DNA from: Rhizodiscina lignyota
Lineage: Eukaryota
DNA length: 64,000 nucleotides
NCBI GenBank assembly: GCA_010015805.1
Contig: ML978123.1
Span: forward strand, 1-64,000
Direction of reading: 5' to 3'
Shown: piece after piece, positions 13,229 to 26,423 of the stretch
Numbering within the stretch: the first letter of the stretch is position 1
How the letters are laid out: the number at the start of each line of letters is the position of its first letter
The notes under the pieces: model-generated
What the model was told of the DNA's origin: nothing
Databases searched by the model: none
The model's input: only the letters and a program-made list of their open reading frames with translations
Program-made: the position numbers and the translations under genes

Positions 13229-16200
13229 ATGGATTTCAACTTCAACAACCGCACCTCGACCTTTTCGGCCGCGTCGGTCACCTCATCCAGACGTGCTGGT
13301 GCATCATCACAGCAGGTGTCCACACAAACTCTTCTAAACGCGCTTCATACTTGCTACCAGAATGGTCAGGCTTTTTCATTAGAGCCAAGTACCAGCCTGG
13401 CTGTAAATACATGGGTCACAGCAAGCAAAGTTGGGCCTGATGGTAGATATGGAGGCACTGTGGACGTCGATGTGGCCAGAAAGGCGTGGGAGCATGCCAG
13501 AAGGAGAGCAGAAGATGGCTGCGTCGTCCTTGGGTAAGCTTCGAAAATTGCAGGAAGCTACATCGAACTTTCACTGACAGAACTTCAGATCTCTCCACGA
13601 CTCGACGCCGTCCATGTTCGCTCCTTTCGTGTCTGCTCTCCCAATCAACGTCCCACCGTCCTTCTATACCTCGCTTGATGTCCTCAAGGCATTCACACAC
13701 TGCGTTACTCCACACAACCCCTCGTTTGCTAGACATTCCGCTCTTTCTGCCACCTTTGAGATGAACTTGACTGGAGTAATCACCGGAGCATCTCTTGCTT
13801 TGTCAACTGCTGGACTCGACACGCATAATGGTTTACTTCATGTGCCCGACATGCCGGGCTACAGAGCATTCAATGTTTTCTATTACCTCAACTCCAGCTC
13901 TGCGTCACAAGCTGAGAGGGATTTTCTCGACCTAAAGCCTCCATCATCTTACACTCTCCTCAAGCGCTCTGGCACTTTCCAACCGCCGTCATACCTCCCA
14001 ACTGAGGATGATGCGGCATCCGGCGAAGAATGGAGGTCCAATCTCCGACGAATTGGCATCAAAGGTGCTGATCAGCGAAATCTCATCTCCGTTCTGGCTG
14101 GTCTCCTCAAGCTGGGAGAGACGCTCAGCTACCTGGTAGACGAAGAAGTGCTGAACTCCGTTTGCGACGATGCAGCTCAGCTTCTCGATCTTGATGTCAA
14201 CGTTCTCCGCCGCAAGTGCGACACCATCGAACGCGAGGTCCTCATTGCCGGTATCTACGAAGCGGTGGTCGATTTCGCCATTGCTCGTGCCAACGAGACC
14301 ATTCGCAAGGAGGTCAAGGGCATCAAGATGGCCCTTTCGTCCGCCGGAAGCGATACAGGTTCTCGAGTTGCCACTCCTCACTCCTCCCACGAGGACGAGA
14401 ATGAAGACAAGGTCAGCATCACGGTCGTCGAAATCCCGAATCAAGAGGTTGGAAAGGCCATTGCCCTCCGCAATGTCTTCGACGACACTGAGGGCATCAA
14501 CGCTGAAATGAAAGAGGATGGTGTACAAGTCGGGGCCGCAGGATCTTCAGTGATCAAGGAGATGAAGACTGCTGTTGCGGAAGCTGCTGCTGATCTTGGC
14601 ATCTCTGACAGTCATCTCAGCCGCGAACGTGAACAGGAGCGAGACCGCAGACAGGCTGTCCTTGAAAAGGTGGCTGCCCACGCCGACAATGATACTTACC
14701 TGAAGGAGATTCTCTGCCCAGAAGAGCTTGGTGTCACAGTGGGCAAGACGGGTCGTTTCAATCTCGCTCATATCATCGCCAGCAGTCGTGTGTGGTTCCA
14801 GCTGGGTCTCCATCCTACCGACGAGGCACCCGCTACCCTTGCGAACACGCTATCCGGCACTTCGGGCTGGTCTGCAGGTGCAGTCTCCCGCCAACTCAGA
14901 GCGTGGCGCCTGCCAGAATGGGCGAACCGCCGCAACAAGAGCTTGGACTTCACTGCAGACTTCGACTATGACGAGTTTGTCACCCGCTACAGCCGTTTGG
15001 GCTGCACCGAAGGCCGTGACGGCGTAGAGAACTGGGTCATGGAGCGTGGCTGGAGCAACGGAGAGGTTGCTCTGGGCAAGGAGCGTGTGTGGATCAGAGA
15101 GGCTGCATGGTGGGAAGCGGAAAACATGCTTGATATGAAGCCCATGGAGGATCATTTCACTCCGGGCAGCGGCGTCGAGACACCAGCCATGGACCCTGCT
15201 TACGGTGGTGCGAGTGTCAACGCCAGCGGCTTTTTTGGCAACCAACCTTTCAACGACGCGGCAACCCTCCAGGGAAGCAAGGACAACCTCTTGCAGAGAC
15301 ACTACAGCTCCGCGACTCTAGGGATGCAAAGTCAGATGGGCGCTAGATCACTTGCTCCAACTCAGGCCGCTCCCACCGCAAGGAATGTCAGTGTCGGTGA
15401 TTACGGCCTCGGAAACAAAGGCGACGACAGGAAGGGCGAGGTGACATATTACGGTGAGCTAGACCCGGAGCTTGGCGATCCAAAGTTCGTCACCGAACAA
15501 CCTACTAGTAATGGCCGACGCATCTGGGTCGCCGTTGTTTGGACACTCACTTTCTGGATTCCTTCACCACTTCTCAGATACGTTGGTCGCATGAAGAGAC
15601 CCGATGTCCGCATGGCCTGGCGAGAGAAGCTGGTGCTCATCTTCTTCATCTTCATTATGAACGCCATCATCATCTTCTACATCATTGAGTTCGGCCGTCT
15701 ACTTTGCCCGAATTTTGACAAGGCATGGAACGCGAAGGAAGTGAGCACCCATCAAGGAAACAACGACTTTTGGGTCAGTCATCATGGTAAAGTGTACGAC
15801 GTCTCAAAGTTCTGGAAACTCCAGCACAGTGATCTCGACAACATCGACACTACTCAGGACGTTATGCAACCGTTTGCTGGAACGAATCTGGACGACTATA
15901 TCACGCCACCACTTACGCTTGCATGTCCCGCATTGATTCCTGCTAACGCCATCAATAACCAACTGGAGCTGACGTCGAATGACACGATCACGAATCCTAG
16001 TGCCTTGCATACGTCCGGACCAACACTTCAGCAGGTTCCAACCACCAAGTTGCACCAACTTGACTGGTATTCCAAGGTCTTCCTGCCACGTATGGCAGAA
16101 TACCACAAAGGCGATTTGGTCGTGACGACCGGCACGATCAAGTCAGAGGGACAAAACAACAACCACATGTGGGCCATCATTGACAACAGCATCTACGACC

Positions 16201-18758
16201 TCACAGACTACTTCCACACCCAGACGGTGCAGAAGAACAACCCGAACTACCACTTCTTCCCAGAGGATGTCGAGAATCTCTTCAAAAACAACCCGGGTGA
16301 AGATATCACAAACCAGTGGATTCAAAACCTCAACGCGACGACAAAGGCAGCCTCGATGCAGTGCTTGCAAGATATGTTTTACAAAGGCAAGACTGATTTC
16401 AGAGACACGCCTCGTTGCAAGGTCAACAACTATATCCTGCTCGCATTCACCATCATCCTCTGTACCGTTATCGGCGTGAAGTTCTTGGCTGCTCTTCAGC
16501 TCGGTTCCAAGCGCCGCCCAGCTCAGCAGGATAAATTCGTCATCTGCCAGGTCCCCGCCTACACGGAAGGTGAAGACTCACTCCGTAAAGGCCTCGACTC
16601 TCTTACCGCACTTGCGTATGACAACAAGCGCAAGCTCATCTGCGTCATCTGCGACGGCATGATTGTTGGCGGCGGCAATGACCGACCAACTCCCAAGATC
16701 GTCCTTGATATCCTCGGTGTGGACCCAAAGATTGACCCGCCGGCATTGCCGTTCCGTTCTGTCGGTACTGGCAGTGAGCAGCTCAACTATGGCAAGGTCT
16801 ACTCTGGCCTCTACGAGTATGAGGGCAATGTCGTGCCTTACGTCGTCGTTGTCAAGGTTGGCAAGGAGTCTGAGCAGCACAAAGCGAAGCCTGGCAACCG
16901 CGGCAAACGTGACAGTCAGATCATGATCATGTCCTTCTTGAACCGTGTGCACCACCGCTCTCCGATGAGTCCGCTAGAGCTGGAGATGTTCCACCAGATC
17001 AACAACGTCATTGGTGTTGACCCTGAGCTGTACGAGTACTTGCTCATGGTCGACGCCGATACTTCAGTTAAGGAGGACTCTCTGAACAGGCTTGTGGCGA
17101 GCTGCGCGAATGACGCGAGGATTGCCGGTATCTGTGGTGAGACGAGCTTGGAGAATGAAGAGAGGAGTTGGTGGACCATGATCCAAGTCTACGAGTACTA
17201 CATCTCCCATCACTTGTCCAAGGCTTTCGAAAGTTTGTTCGGAAGCGTTACTTGTTTGCCTGGTTGGTGAGTATCTCCTTCGCCGCTCAATATCAGACCT
17301 ATTATGCTTTACTAACACAGTTATGGCAGTTTCTGCATGTACCGACTGCGAACCGCGGACAAGGGCAAGCCGCTCATCATTTCCGACAAGGTCATCTCAG
17401 AGTACAGCGATTGCAATGTCGACACGCTCCACAAGAAGAACCTGCTCTCGCTCGGAGAGGATCGTTACCTGACAACGCTGATGACCAAGCACTTCCCGCA
17501 AATGTCCTACAAGTTCATTTCTGACGCCTACGCACTCACTGCCGCACCTGAGACATGGTCTGTCCTGCTTTCTCAGCGTCGTCGCTGGATCAACAGTACA
17601 ATCCACAACCTGGTCGAACTCGTCTTCCTGAAAGACCTGTGCGGTTTCTGTTGTTTCAGTATGCGCTTCGTTGTCTTCATCGATCTCTTCGGCACAATCA
17701 TCCTACCTGCTACTTGCACGTATCTCGGCTATCTCATCTACACCGCGGCAAGTCATTCTGGTCAATTCCCGATCATCTCGATTGTCATTCTAGCAGCTGT
17801 GTACGGCTTGCAGGCGATCATTTTCTTGATCAAGCGGCAATGGCAGCACATCGGTTGGATGATTATCTACATCCTCGCCTTCCCAATTTACTCTTTCGTG
17901 CTACCAATCTACTCCTTCTGGAAGCAGGATGACTTCTCCTGGGGTAACACTCGCGTCGTTATCGGCGAGAAGGGGAACAAGCAAGTCGTCATGGAGACCG
18001 AGGAGGGCTTCGATCCGCGCTCCATCCCGCTCCAGCGCTGGGACGATTACGCCCTCGCAAACAACTTGCCCGGCCGCCGCGGCCTCGGCGCCGCCGTCGA
18101 GAAGGGCACCCCCTTCGAGGACGGCGAGTTCGAGATGGATGAGATGCAAAGCCAGTATTCGTCTGTACGCCCCGCGTCGACCGTCTTGACTGGGTTCGGA
18201 GGGCACCATTCTCAGTACATGCCGCCGCAAGGTGGGATGCAGAGCCCAGGCCCACACCAGGGTCTCATGCATCGACAGAGCACGTACTCGAACTTCTCAG
18301 CGTACAAGGATAGTCCGAACCCAGATCAGCAGCGCATGATGAGCATGGGCGGCATGAGCGACCACATGGCCGGCCACGCCTCCCCGCGCGCCTCCCACTC
18401 CCAGTCCGCAATGATGAACCCCATGAGCCAGGAGAACCTGCACGCCTCGCCGTATGGCCGGTCGTCGCCGAACCTCTTGGGTCGCCAGTCCCCGCAGAAC
18501 CAAGGCCGTGCGAGAAGCCCCTTGGGTATGGGACCGAGTAGACCCGTGAGCACCGTCAATTTCCAAAATATGGTACACGGGCCGACCGACGAGGCAATTG
18601 TGCAGGCGATTCGCGAGTGTCTTGGGGAGGTGGACTTGGACGCGGTGACGAAGAAGCAGCTCAAGGCGCTGGCGGAGCAGAGGCTGCAGACGCAGCTTGT
18701 GGGTGAGCGGAAAGCGTTTTTGGATGAGAGGATTGATTTCGAGTTGGCGAATATGTGA
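13229..18758 (+). CDS. csmB: Class VII chitin synthase with degenerate myosin-like domain; exons 13229-13533, 13589-17266, 17330-18758
   Basis: [18 protein letters not shown]-terminus and AFNVFYYL, no P-loop. Cyt-b5-like ([12 protein letters not shown]), VDADT, LGEDRYL, QRRRW and DEK_C-like end ([10 protein letters not shown]). Introns 13534-13588 and 17267-17329 are GT-AG and in frame. Confidence 0.97.
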
Positions 18759-20462
18759 AGTTGTGAACACGGACGGAAGTAATTTTCTCTTGAGTGGCTT
18801 TTTCTTTTGGGAGTTCATTTGTTTTTGTCCTGTCTGGCAGGCGAGGGATTTTGCATGGGAATGAGGACTATGAGGATACTACAAACTCTTGCTGCATTTT
18901 GGGCGAAAAGTGGCTTTTCATGCTCCATAGCGGGCGATCAAACAACTCAATGGCGAGGTTAATTAATTCTAATTCGTTCTCTGTAGCTTACTTTAGAAAT
19001 ATGGGAATGAGCTTTGAAAGACTATGTGCAATGTCTTCGCGATGATTTTGTTGTGTCTCGCTTGGCGTTTAAGCTGAGTTGGACAGTAGTGTTGGTTAAA
19101 GTCCAGACTGTAGATGGTTGAGCTTTCAGAGATGCTCTCGATTTCGTTGGAGAGCGGGTCTTTTATTTACTATATGCTTTCAATCTCGCCTGTATTGCGC
19201 AGTTTCGAGCATTGTGAGCCTCGACTATTCTCGCAGGCTCGAGCCCGGATCATAGGATTTCAAGTCTCAATCAGAACCTTGGAGGATGATAGCCGCCCAA
19301 ATGGAGACACCCACGAGTTAGAGACATCTCAATAGTGAGAACAATGTGGGATCGCATGCAGTAGCATGTGCGATTCTGAGCTCGAGGAGCCCTGTCTACA
19401 TATAACATGAAATTGATTAGCTAATCATCACGATAGCTTGAAACGAGCGACCTCACCCCTCACCTTACCCTCTCCCCTTCATTCATCTCCATAGAGCGAA
19501 GCTGCAGCTTCGTGTACGCTCGTTGTTTTATCGATTTACTTTGTTACTATAGACTCGTATGCTGATTTCCTTGTTCCTGATTAATCGAGAATGCCTCCGA
19601 GGGCATCGAGACTGTCCTTAGCCACGCTCAGTTAAAATCGCGCCGCCAGACTTCGGTCCCCATCGAAGACACGCTCGATACGGAGTACGACCTGCAGTAG
19701 GACTACCTTCCGGACTTGCTCCATTCGCTCCTCCTCCTCCTACGGCTACATCAATACTGTAGAATGAGGTGATGCGCTAGGGAGAAAGTGGGGATGGTCG
19801 GACCTCCTGCAATCGGTTTTCCGTGATGAACGAAGGTCAGCACGGCGCGAAAGCATTGAATATGCCGAAGGGGGGTCTGGATGATGGAAGAGTCAGTTTT
19901 CGGCTAATCAGCAAAAGAGGAAGTTAGTTGAGTGTGTAGGAACAAGGTGTAAATCGATAAAATAACGAGTGTACGCGAATCCACAGTTTCGTTCCAGGGA
20001 GGTGAGAGGAGGCTGTCTTGGTTTTGGACCATCTCGCGGATTCTTCAGTTTGCCTGTCACCTCGCAAGTGCAGCCATCTCCAGTCAAACTCATGGATGTC
20101 CTGTTTCTCGCCAAGGTGCGTGGTAACTGGTGGACCGACATCTATTCCACGTCTCTTTAGCTCACAAACCGTCACAGCTAAAGTGCACGAATTCGATTCT
20201 CTTCAAACCACTCAACGCTTGTGTTGAAAACTTAACCTTCCAACCCTCTTGTTGCAACCTGTCTCCTGGCAAGGAGATCGACTTGAGATTACGCGGTACG
20301 GAGAACTACGTTGAATGTTATATTGATGCTAACATATCGAGGAGACTACTGTCCAGTGCTATTGAACTTTATACAAGCCATGATGTGGATCTCACGGCTG
20401 CTATGTACATCTTCATGCGTTCGAATGGCGCTGTGCGCGCATTCATGACAGCATAGAGGAGA

Positions 20463-21737
20463 TTACTCCTCATGTGCAGTATTCTCATACTCGTAGCACA
20501 GAATGCCATCACCATCCCGATTGAGCGTGTCCATGACCGTCTTGATTTCAACTGGCGGTGCGATGTAGTCTCCCATGTACATCACAGTATCCAACTTCGT
20601 GACACCGGTTCCGTTCGGGAAGATTGGAGCGTCGATGTCCCAGAGATTCTTTCCGTTATCTTTCAACTGCCAGAGATTCCAGATCCTGTCCAGATTCGCG
20701 TGCTGCATGAAGAACATGGGGTCTTCGGGGCTGGACCACGCGTTGGACTCCGTCCCGCCGACACAGATGTGGCCGCCTACGTGGATTCCAGGGAGGGTAT
20801 TGTTGAATGGCGCGACATTGACGCCGAAGGCGAACTTGGCGTAGGTTTTTTGGTTCAACAGTGGAACCACGGCGCCTTTCCAAGCCAATACGACATCTGC
20901 CAGTTCCGGCTGCAAGTTCCGATGAAGACACCTGGAAGCAGATTGGAACTCGTAGTCAGGGCCAAGGTGCACAGTCATGTGCTTGAATGGGCCGTCAACG
21001 ACGCAACCTCCAAGGTTGGGACCAAAGCCACCTCCGCCTTGTGCAGGACCGGGCAAAGGTACAGTGCCTCCCTCGCCGTTCCCGCCGAATCCATACGTTC
21101 CGTCGAAGACTGGAGATTTATTCAATTGGGCCCCGGCTTCAGCAACATCGAGAGAATAGTCCCAGTACGGATGAGCGCCCTTGTACCCGCAATCGTTCCT
21201 CAAAGACTGCTCGTGCTGCCAGATAAACCACCTGTGCCATGGAAGGAAAACTCCATTGTAGTGGATACCGGGAAAGAGCTTGCCCAGGCCGAGATCGTTA
21301 CCTGTATTTTTGTCGGCAAGTTATTTAGCGCTGGGCACAGAAGACGTACGTATGTCTATGGAACCAACCGGCGGGCCTGTCGCATTTATGTGGCTCGCCG
21401 CGAAATCGTCGTGCCGTGAAGTGACCCCTGGGAAATACCGATGGCTTCTCCCGGGTTTGTTGATGAGACATAAGGAAGCGCGGATGTAGTCGAGTTGCTC
21501 CTCTTTGCACAGTGTGCGCCTTCAATTTATCAGTACACGTTCTCCAATGCTCAGTTGCGGCGTCATGTGTAAGGATAGGAGGAAACGGGTGTGCTATATG
21601 CTTGTTCGTAATCATACTTACCACTCTTTCCTAACAAGAGGTTTGGTGCATTTGGAATGGTGGAAGCGGGAGCCTTCGGCTACCCCAAAGACCGTCAGAA
21701 AGACGACGGCCAACGAGAAGGCATTTGGCCACCGCAT
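20463..21737 (-). CDS. Secreted tyrosinase-like di-copper-centre protein; exons 21737-21622, 21519-21350, 21301-20463
   Basis: Spliced translation: MRWPNAFSLAVVFLTVFGVAEG (signal peptide), then CTKPLVRKEWRTL, SRHDDFAASH, GIHYNGVFLPWHRWF (CuA), PYWD, IHVGGH and SPEDPMFFMQHANLDRIW (CuB). Confidence 0.93.
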
Positions 21738-23618
21738 AATGCCGAGATATTCTGAGGAATCAAATAAAATCGTTGGGGAATGAAATTATTTCATTATGGA
21801 AAGGGACAAAGTGTGTGCGAACAGGCACGACTTATGAGATAAGTGTCGACATCAGCGGAGGTTATTGCTTCGTTAGTGAAAAATTATACATTACGACTTA
21901 AAATAAATGGAGCTAAGTAGTGAAGATGCGCAGAGTCAAGATACCAGGGCACACAAGTGAGCTGATGTGAGAGCGTTCTTTCGCTACCATTCACACAGAA
22001 AAAAAGCCAACGGAGGGCGAGGGCAGCGGAGAGCGAGTCGGCCGCGAGCTCCAAGAGACAGCGCGAACGCCCATCAGCTTCAGTGAGCTATTCTAATATG
22101 CAAGTCTGACGTCTAGTGGTTCAACTGGTTTGACGGATGAGCCCGCTGCCAAGTCTGGAGTCTTTGATTTGAAGATTGTCCGCTCTTGGTCTATACCAAA
22201 AAGTGACGCGACCATAGAACCAATCAGACGCGAGAATGGCTCGTCCTATTTCCTCATATAGGAGGTACTAACTTCATTGAGAAACGTGCGGTATGCGGGT
22301 AGACTAAGCTCACCTGCACATCTGGCACGCCGCCTTTCCGAGTTTGGGGGTAAAGGGCGACGGTGGGATCTGCTTGAGCACAAGCAACGAATGCCACGGG
22401 CCGAAGCTTGGGTCTCAGATTATCCTGCAATAGTTGTTATCAAAAGATAATCATATCACCATACGGTTTGGATAGGCAAGGACCTCGGCTTGCTCTCGCG
22501 GCCAAATGCAGGCAGGAGATTCATCTTTGGGTCTTACAATGTCTAAAGCCACTCATCTCCCTCAACCAGGTACAGCAGTGTGAAAAGTATTCCATACGCA
22601 GCCCGTTCTCGCCGACGAAACACCGACTCACGCCGCATGGCTCCTAACAGCACCAGATTCAAAGAGATGTTCCGGTCAGGATAGCTTTATGTACTGCCAA
22701 ATGCTCGTTGAACATAAAATAGGCCACATGCTGAAGGACGAGGGCCATTCCCACTTCTTTACAGCCACGACTATGAAGGTAGGATATATGAGTAGCTTTC
22801 AAGTTCAAATTTCACAAACGACAAAATATTCTGCAAACGATTCTTCACTATAAGCAGACACCGTAAAGTTATGCAAGTTTAAATTTCTCTTTTTTTTTAT
22901 TTAAAATTGTATCGGAATACGTTTCTGCCTCTTAAAGAGTGCTCAGCAAGCGCTGCTGCTGAACATACTAAATTGGCAGAGGAGCTCTGCTCCATCCCAG
23001 CATCCATCATAGAGGATGAGCCTGTATCCACAACTCGTCTCTAGTCCCAGACTCCCAGTGTCGGTACCATAATTCTGTCCACTGCCTAAAAGACTTGCCA
23101 ATAGGATTGTCGCAAGCGACATGTCAGTGACGGCGGTACCCACCTCTTCCAGATCCTAGTCGTAGTATGTGGAAGAACAACAGATCAGACATCGCAGATG
23201 CGTCGGTGTTCTTATCATCCCGCCTCCCAGTGTAAATCCAGCTGACCTTTCTACCAGACCAGGTAGACTATGAATAGTCTTGCCATCATTACAAAGCAAT
23301 CCAGCAAAAACAAAGGAAATAACAAATAGTAAATGTAAAAATGAGTTGACCCGCCTGCTAACAGCCGTGAGGCTAGTAAATTCGAATGCCCAATACTTCT
23401 CCCTCCCATGATTAGTAGCCTTCTCTTCCTTTTACCCAATATGAGATCGATGATGAGGAAATTTCAACAGCCAAGATATCTCCTGCACGTCGGATATCCA
23501 AACCGACCGTGATGTTTAATAGTGTGCGGGTGCTGAGGGTATGAGTGATGAGGTAATGTCGATAATGTTGAAGCAAATACGCTATTCTCCAAGTACAAGG
23601 TAATATATTGACCTCACA

Positions 23619-26102
23619 TTAGAAGTTCGTTCGTTGCGCCCGACTCGATGCTCCTGGGAAATCGCAAAGACAAGGATTATACTGTTCCAGCTGAATGGAA
23701 ATAGGTCGCGAATGCGTAGTCCTGCCGGAGGCTAAATCCACACCAGTTTCGATGCTCGGAATGGGAGCCGTTTCTATACCGTCTGCGATGCCCGGAGCAG
23801 AAGCTGCATCTAAACCATCTTCGATGCTCAGTGAAGCGCGCTCACCGAAGAACGGCAAAGCCCAGGTTGCCATGGAAGCGCCCAAAGTGATGGCCAAAGG
23901 TAATGCATTACCTATGCTATCCGCAGAGAACTGTTGCAGTACAACTGCAAAAAGGAGGCCAATCGTAGAAAATGCTGCAACGAGTAGCAAATACCTGAAA
24001 TTATATCAGTGCTGCCATGATTATCTACAAGCAGCGATGCTTACAGCTCATTCCGCACAGCTCCATTGTAAGTTGCTCCGATGTACGATATTGTGCTTCC
24101 GGCCCATGTTTCCAGCGTTCTGAGCCCAAAATCAGCCAGAGAAAATCATTTTTGCAGTGCATTTGACTTACGTCAAGCGGATAAAACCATCGAAAATTCC
24201 ACTTGTGTCCGTAAGCACAATGACGCAGAGAATTCCGGAGCCCCAGGAGAGATTTCGAGACAGCCTGCGGAAACGACGTGGGCTGAGATATGCGGCAGCA
24301 ACATAGCATGATACAATAACGGATGGGCCTGCCATACGTAAAAGCGAAAGGATGTCGGGTTGGGCTGAGGATTGGCTCGAATGTACGTCGAGTGAAATGG
24401 CATCCTTCGGGGACAGAAAAGGGCTGTTAGCTGTGTTGACAGCTCCTGCACATGGCAGGAGAAGAAAACAAAAAGTAGCTCTGCACATGATAGGCTCAAA
24501 CCTGGACCTGATAGCCGCAGGCTTCTTTGCGTATCTTTCTCGGGGGTCATCGGTAACTGTGGGGTCTCTAAACTTCACGAATAGAGTAGGCACTCCATAC
24601 CAACGAACGGAGATCTCGGCAAAGGACAGAAAATCAGAGATAGCGTGTAATCGTATACTGATAAGCTGTATGTATGAGCTCAGTCCCTTCGAGTTGTATG
24701 TGGAAGTGCGGGTATGGTGGGCTGGGTTGGGTGCGTGTGCACTGTGACTTTCTAAGAGACTGGTAGTAGTCGAGTCGCGTGTAAACGCGTTCTTGTATCG
24801 ATGTTTGAGGACATACTGCGCTGTAGTCTCGTTCTCGAGGTTGGGGAAAGTACGGGTGTTGATGATGCCATTGCCGAAAATATCTGCAAGGGGCCTTCCT
24901 CCCTTGTACCACTTGTTCTCTGACAGACGCATTGATGTGAGATTAGCTCTGTCTGAATATTCCAACGTGTCAATTCGAGGTCGGCATTCGTCCACCTTGA
25001 GTTGTAGATTCGATGTTGCGGTAGCAAATTGTATACCAGCCAGGTAGTCCTGGATTGCGTCACGGACCGTTCCAGTATTGCCAAGCTGATAATAGGGTGT
25101 CTTGAGATTGATCTCCGGAGTATCCAGTTGGTAAGCACAGTCATTGCAAGATACGGTTGCCCCTCTGCACTTGTTTCGTGGTTGCGCGAAACTGGTGAAG
25201 AATTTCGCACTATTTGACCTGCAGCGAAACGACCAGTAAAGATGTTGCATCCAAACCGGTCTGATCCTGTAATGAATCTCCAGGCTTTGTAGGGCATTGA
25301 GGACTGTCTTGGGTTCCTGACCCAATATCAGATTCGCAAGTTTGCCCTCAAACCCCAAAGTAGGTGTCTTGTCGGAGTATCCTTGAGCTCCTCTTATAAT
25401 AGAGCTCGAAGAAGCTGTGTCTTGTTTCTTTCTGAGGGTATCTAAGCTCCAAGCTTGAAATCTAGACCTCTGTATGCCAGACTGAGTTCTATCAGTGACC
25501 TGAGTTCTACGGATGCCAGACTCAGAAATGAGCTTCGGGGCCCAGTACGAGGAGGACGAGAGATTGAAGAGACGGTCTGAGGGATCACGCTTGACCTTGA
25601 TCGCATCGTAGTCTGGCGGTCTGTAGATAGGCGTATCGTGGAGAAGGGTTGATACGCCCATCGCAAACCCACACTCGTCTTTGTTTGCCGAAGACGACTC
25701 GAGAAGGTCTTCACAAATGCTGTTGACCTGTATCTTTTGGCGAGTCAGCAACTGTTCCTCTTCGAAATAGCACCGGCAAATACGGAAAATGTGTACCACT
25801 GTTACCGCCCTCTGCGGCCCCAGTTAATATCAAGCAATTTAGTGATTCATTTAGTTAGAGAACTTACCCTTTAACAAAATCTCGTGCTCAAAGACAACAC
25901 CAAGGCAGACCAAGCAGCGGATACCGTGAGAGACTATGTCTGCAAGGGAAGAACGAAACTGTAAACGACTTACAACTTCAAATCTTCGACTGAGTGGGCT
26001 GTGAAAGGCAGGTGGGAAACAGCGGGCTGTCATTATCGGGAAGCGGCGGCATGTCTGCTGAATGGATGGCGCGTACGGCGAGGCGCGCAAGAACAATCTC
26101 AT
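23619..26102 (-). CDS. Orphan protein with multi-TM C-terminus; supported exons about 25798-24172, 24119-24045, 23994-23619; 5' exon(s) near 26102-25868 uncertain
   Basis: The 543-codon ORF ends at a GTAAGT donor (24171). Introns 24171-24120 and 24044-23995 splice it in frame through TLETWAGSTISYIGATYNGAVRNELY into the hydrophobic 23619-23990 ORF. No family recognised. Confidence 0.6.
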
Positions 26103-26423
26103 CACTTTCCCATGATTCCATAACCATAGGTTACTGACCAGTTGCCTTATTCGCTTTCAGCTGGTGGCGGGGTTTAGCGCCCGATTTACGAACGTGACGC
26201 CCGACGAGGCTGAAACGATGGAAGACCATTAGCACGTTCCGTGATCCACTTCTCAGTATATTTCCAAGAGAGTGTAGAGCATATTTTGTGTCCTTTGAGC
26301 ACTGATTCTAATGACGGAGCTGATTGAGGTTTCGCGGGTTAAAAGTTCGTCTCTCATGACCTGGGAATTTGTTAATGAGTCTCTAACGCTAGCCTATAGC
26401 TGGATTCATCTTGCCTTGCTGGC

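Noticed and set aside
20472..21419. 315-aa plus-strand ORF
   Set aside because: Antisense shadow of the tyrosinase-like gene.
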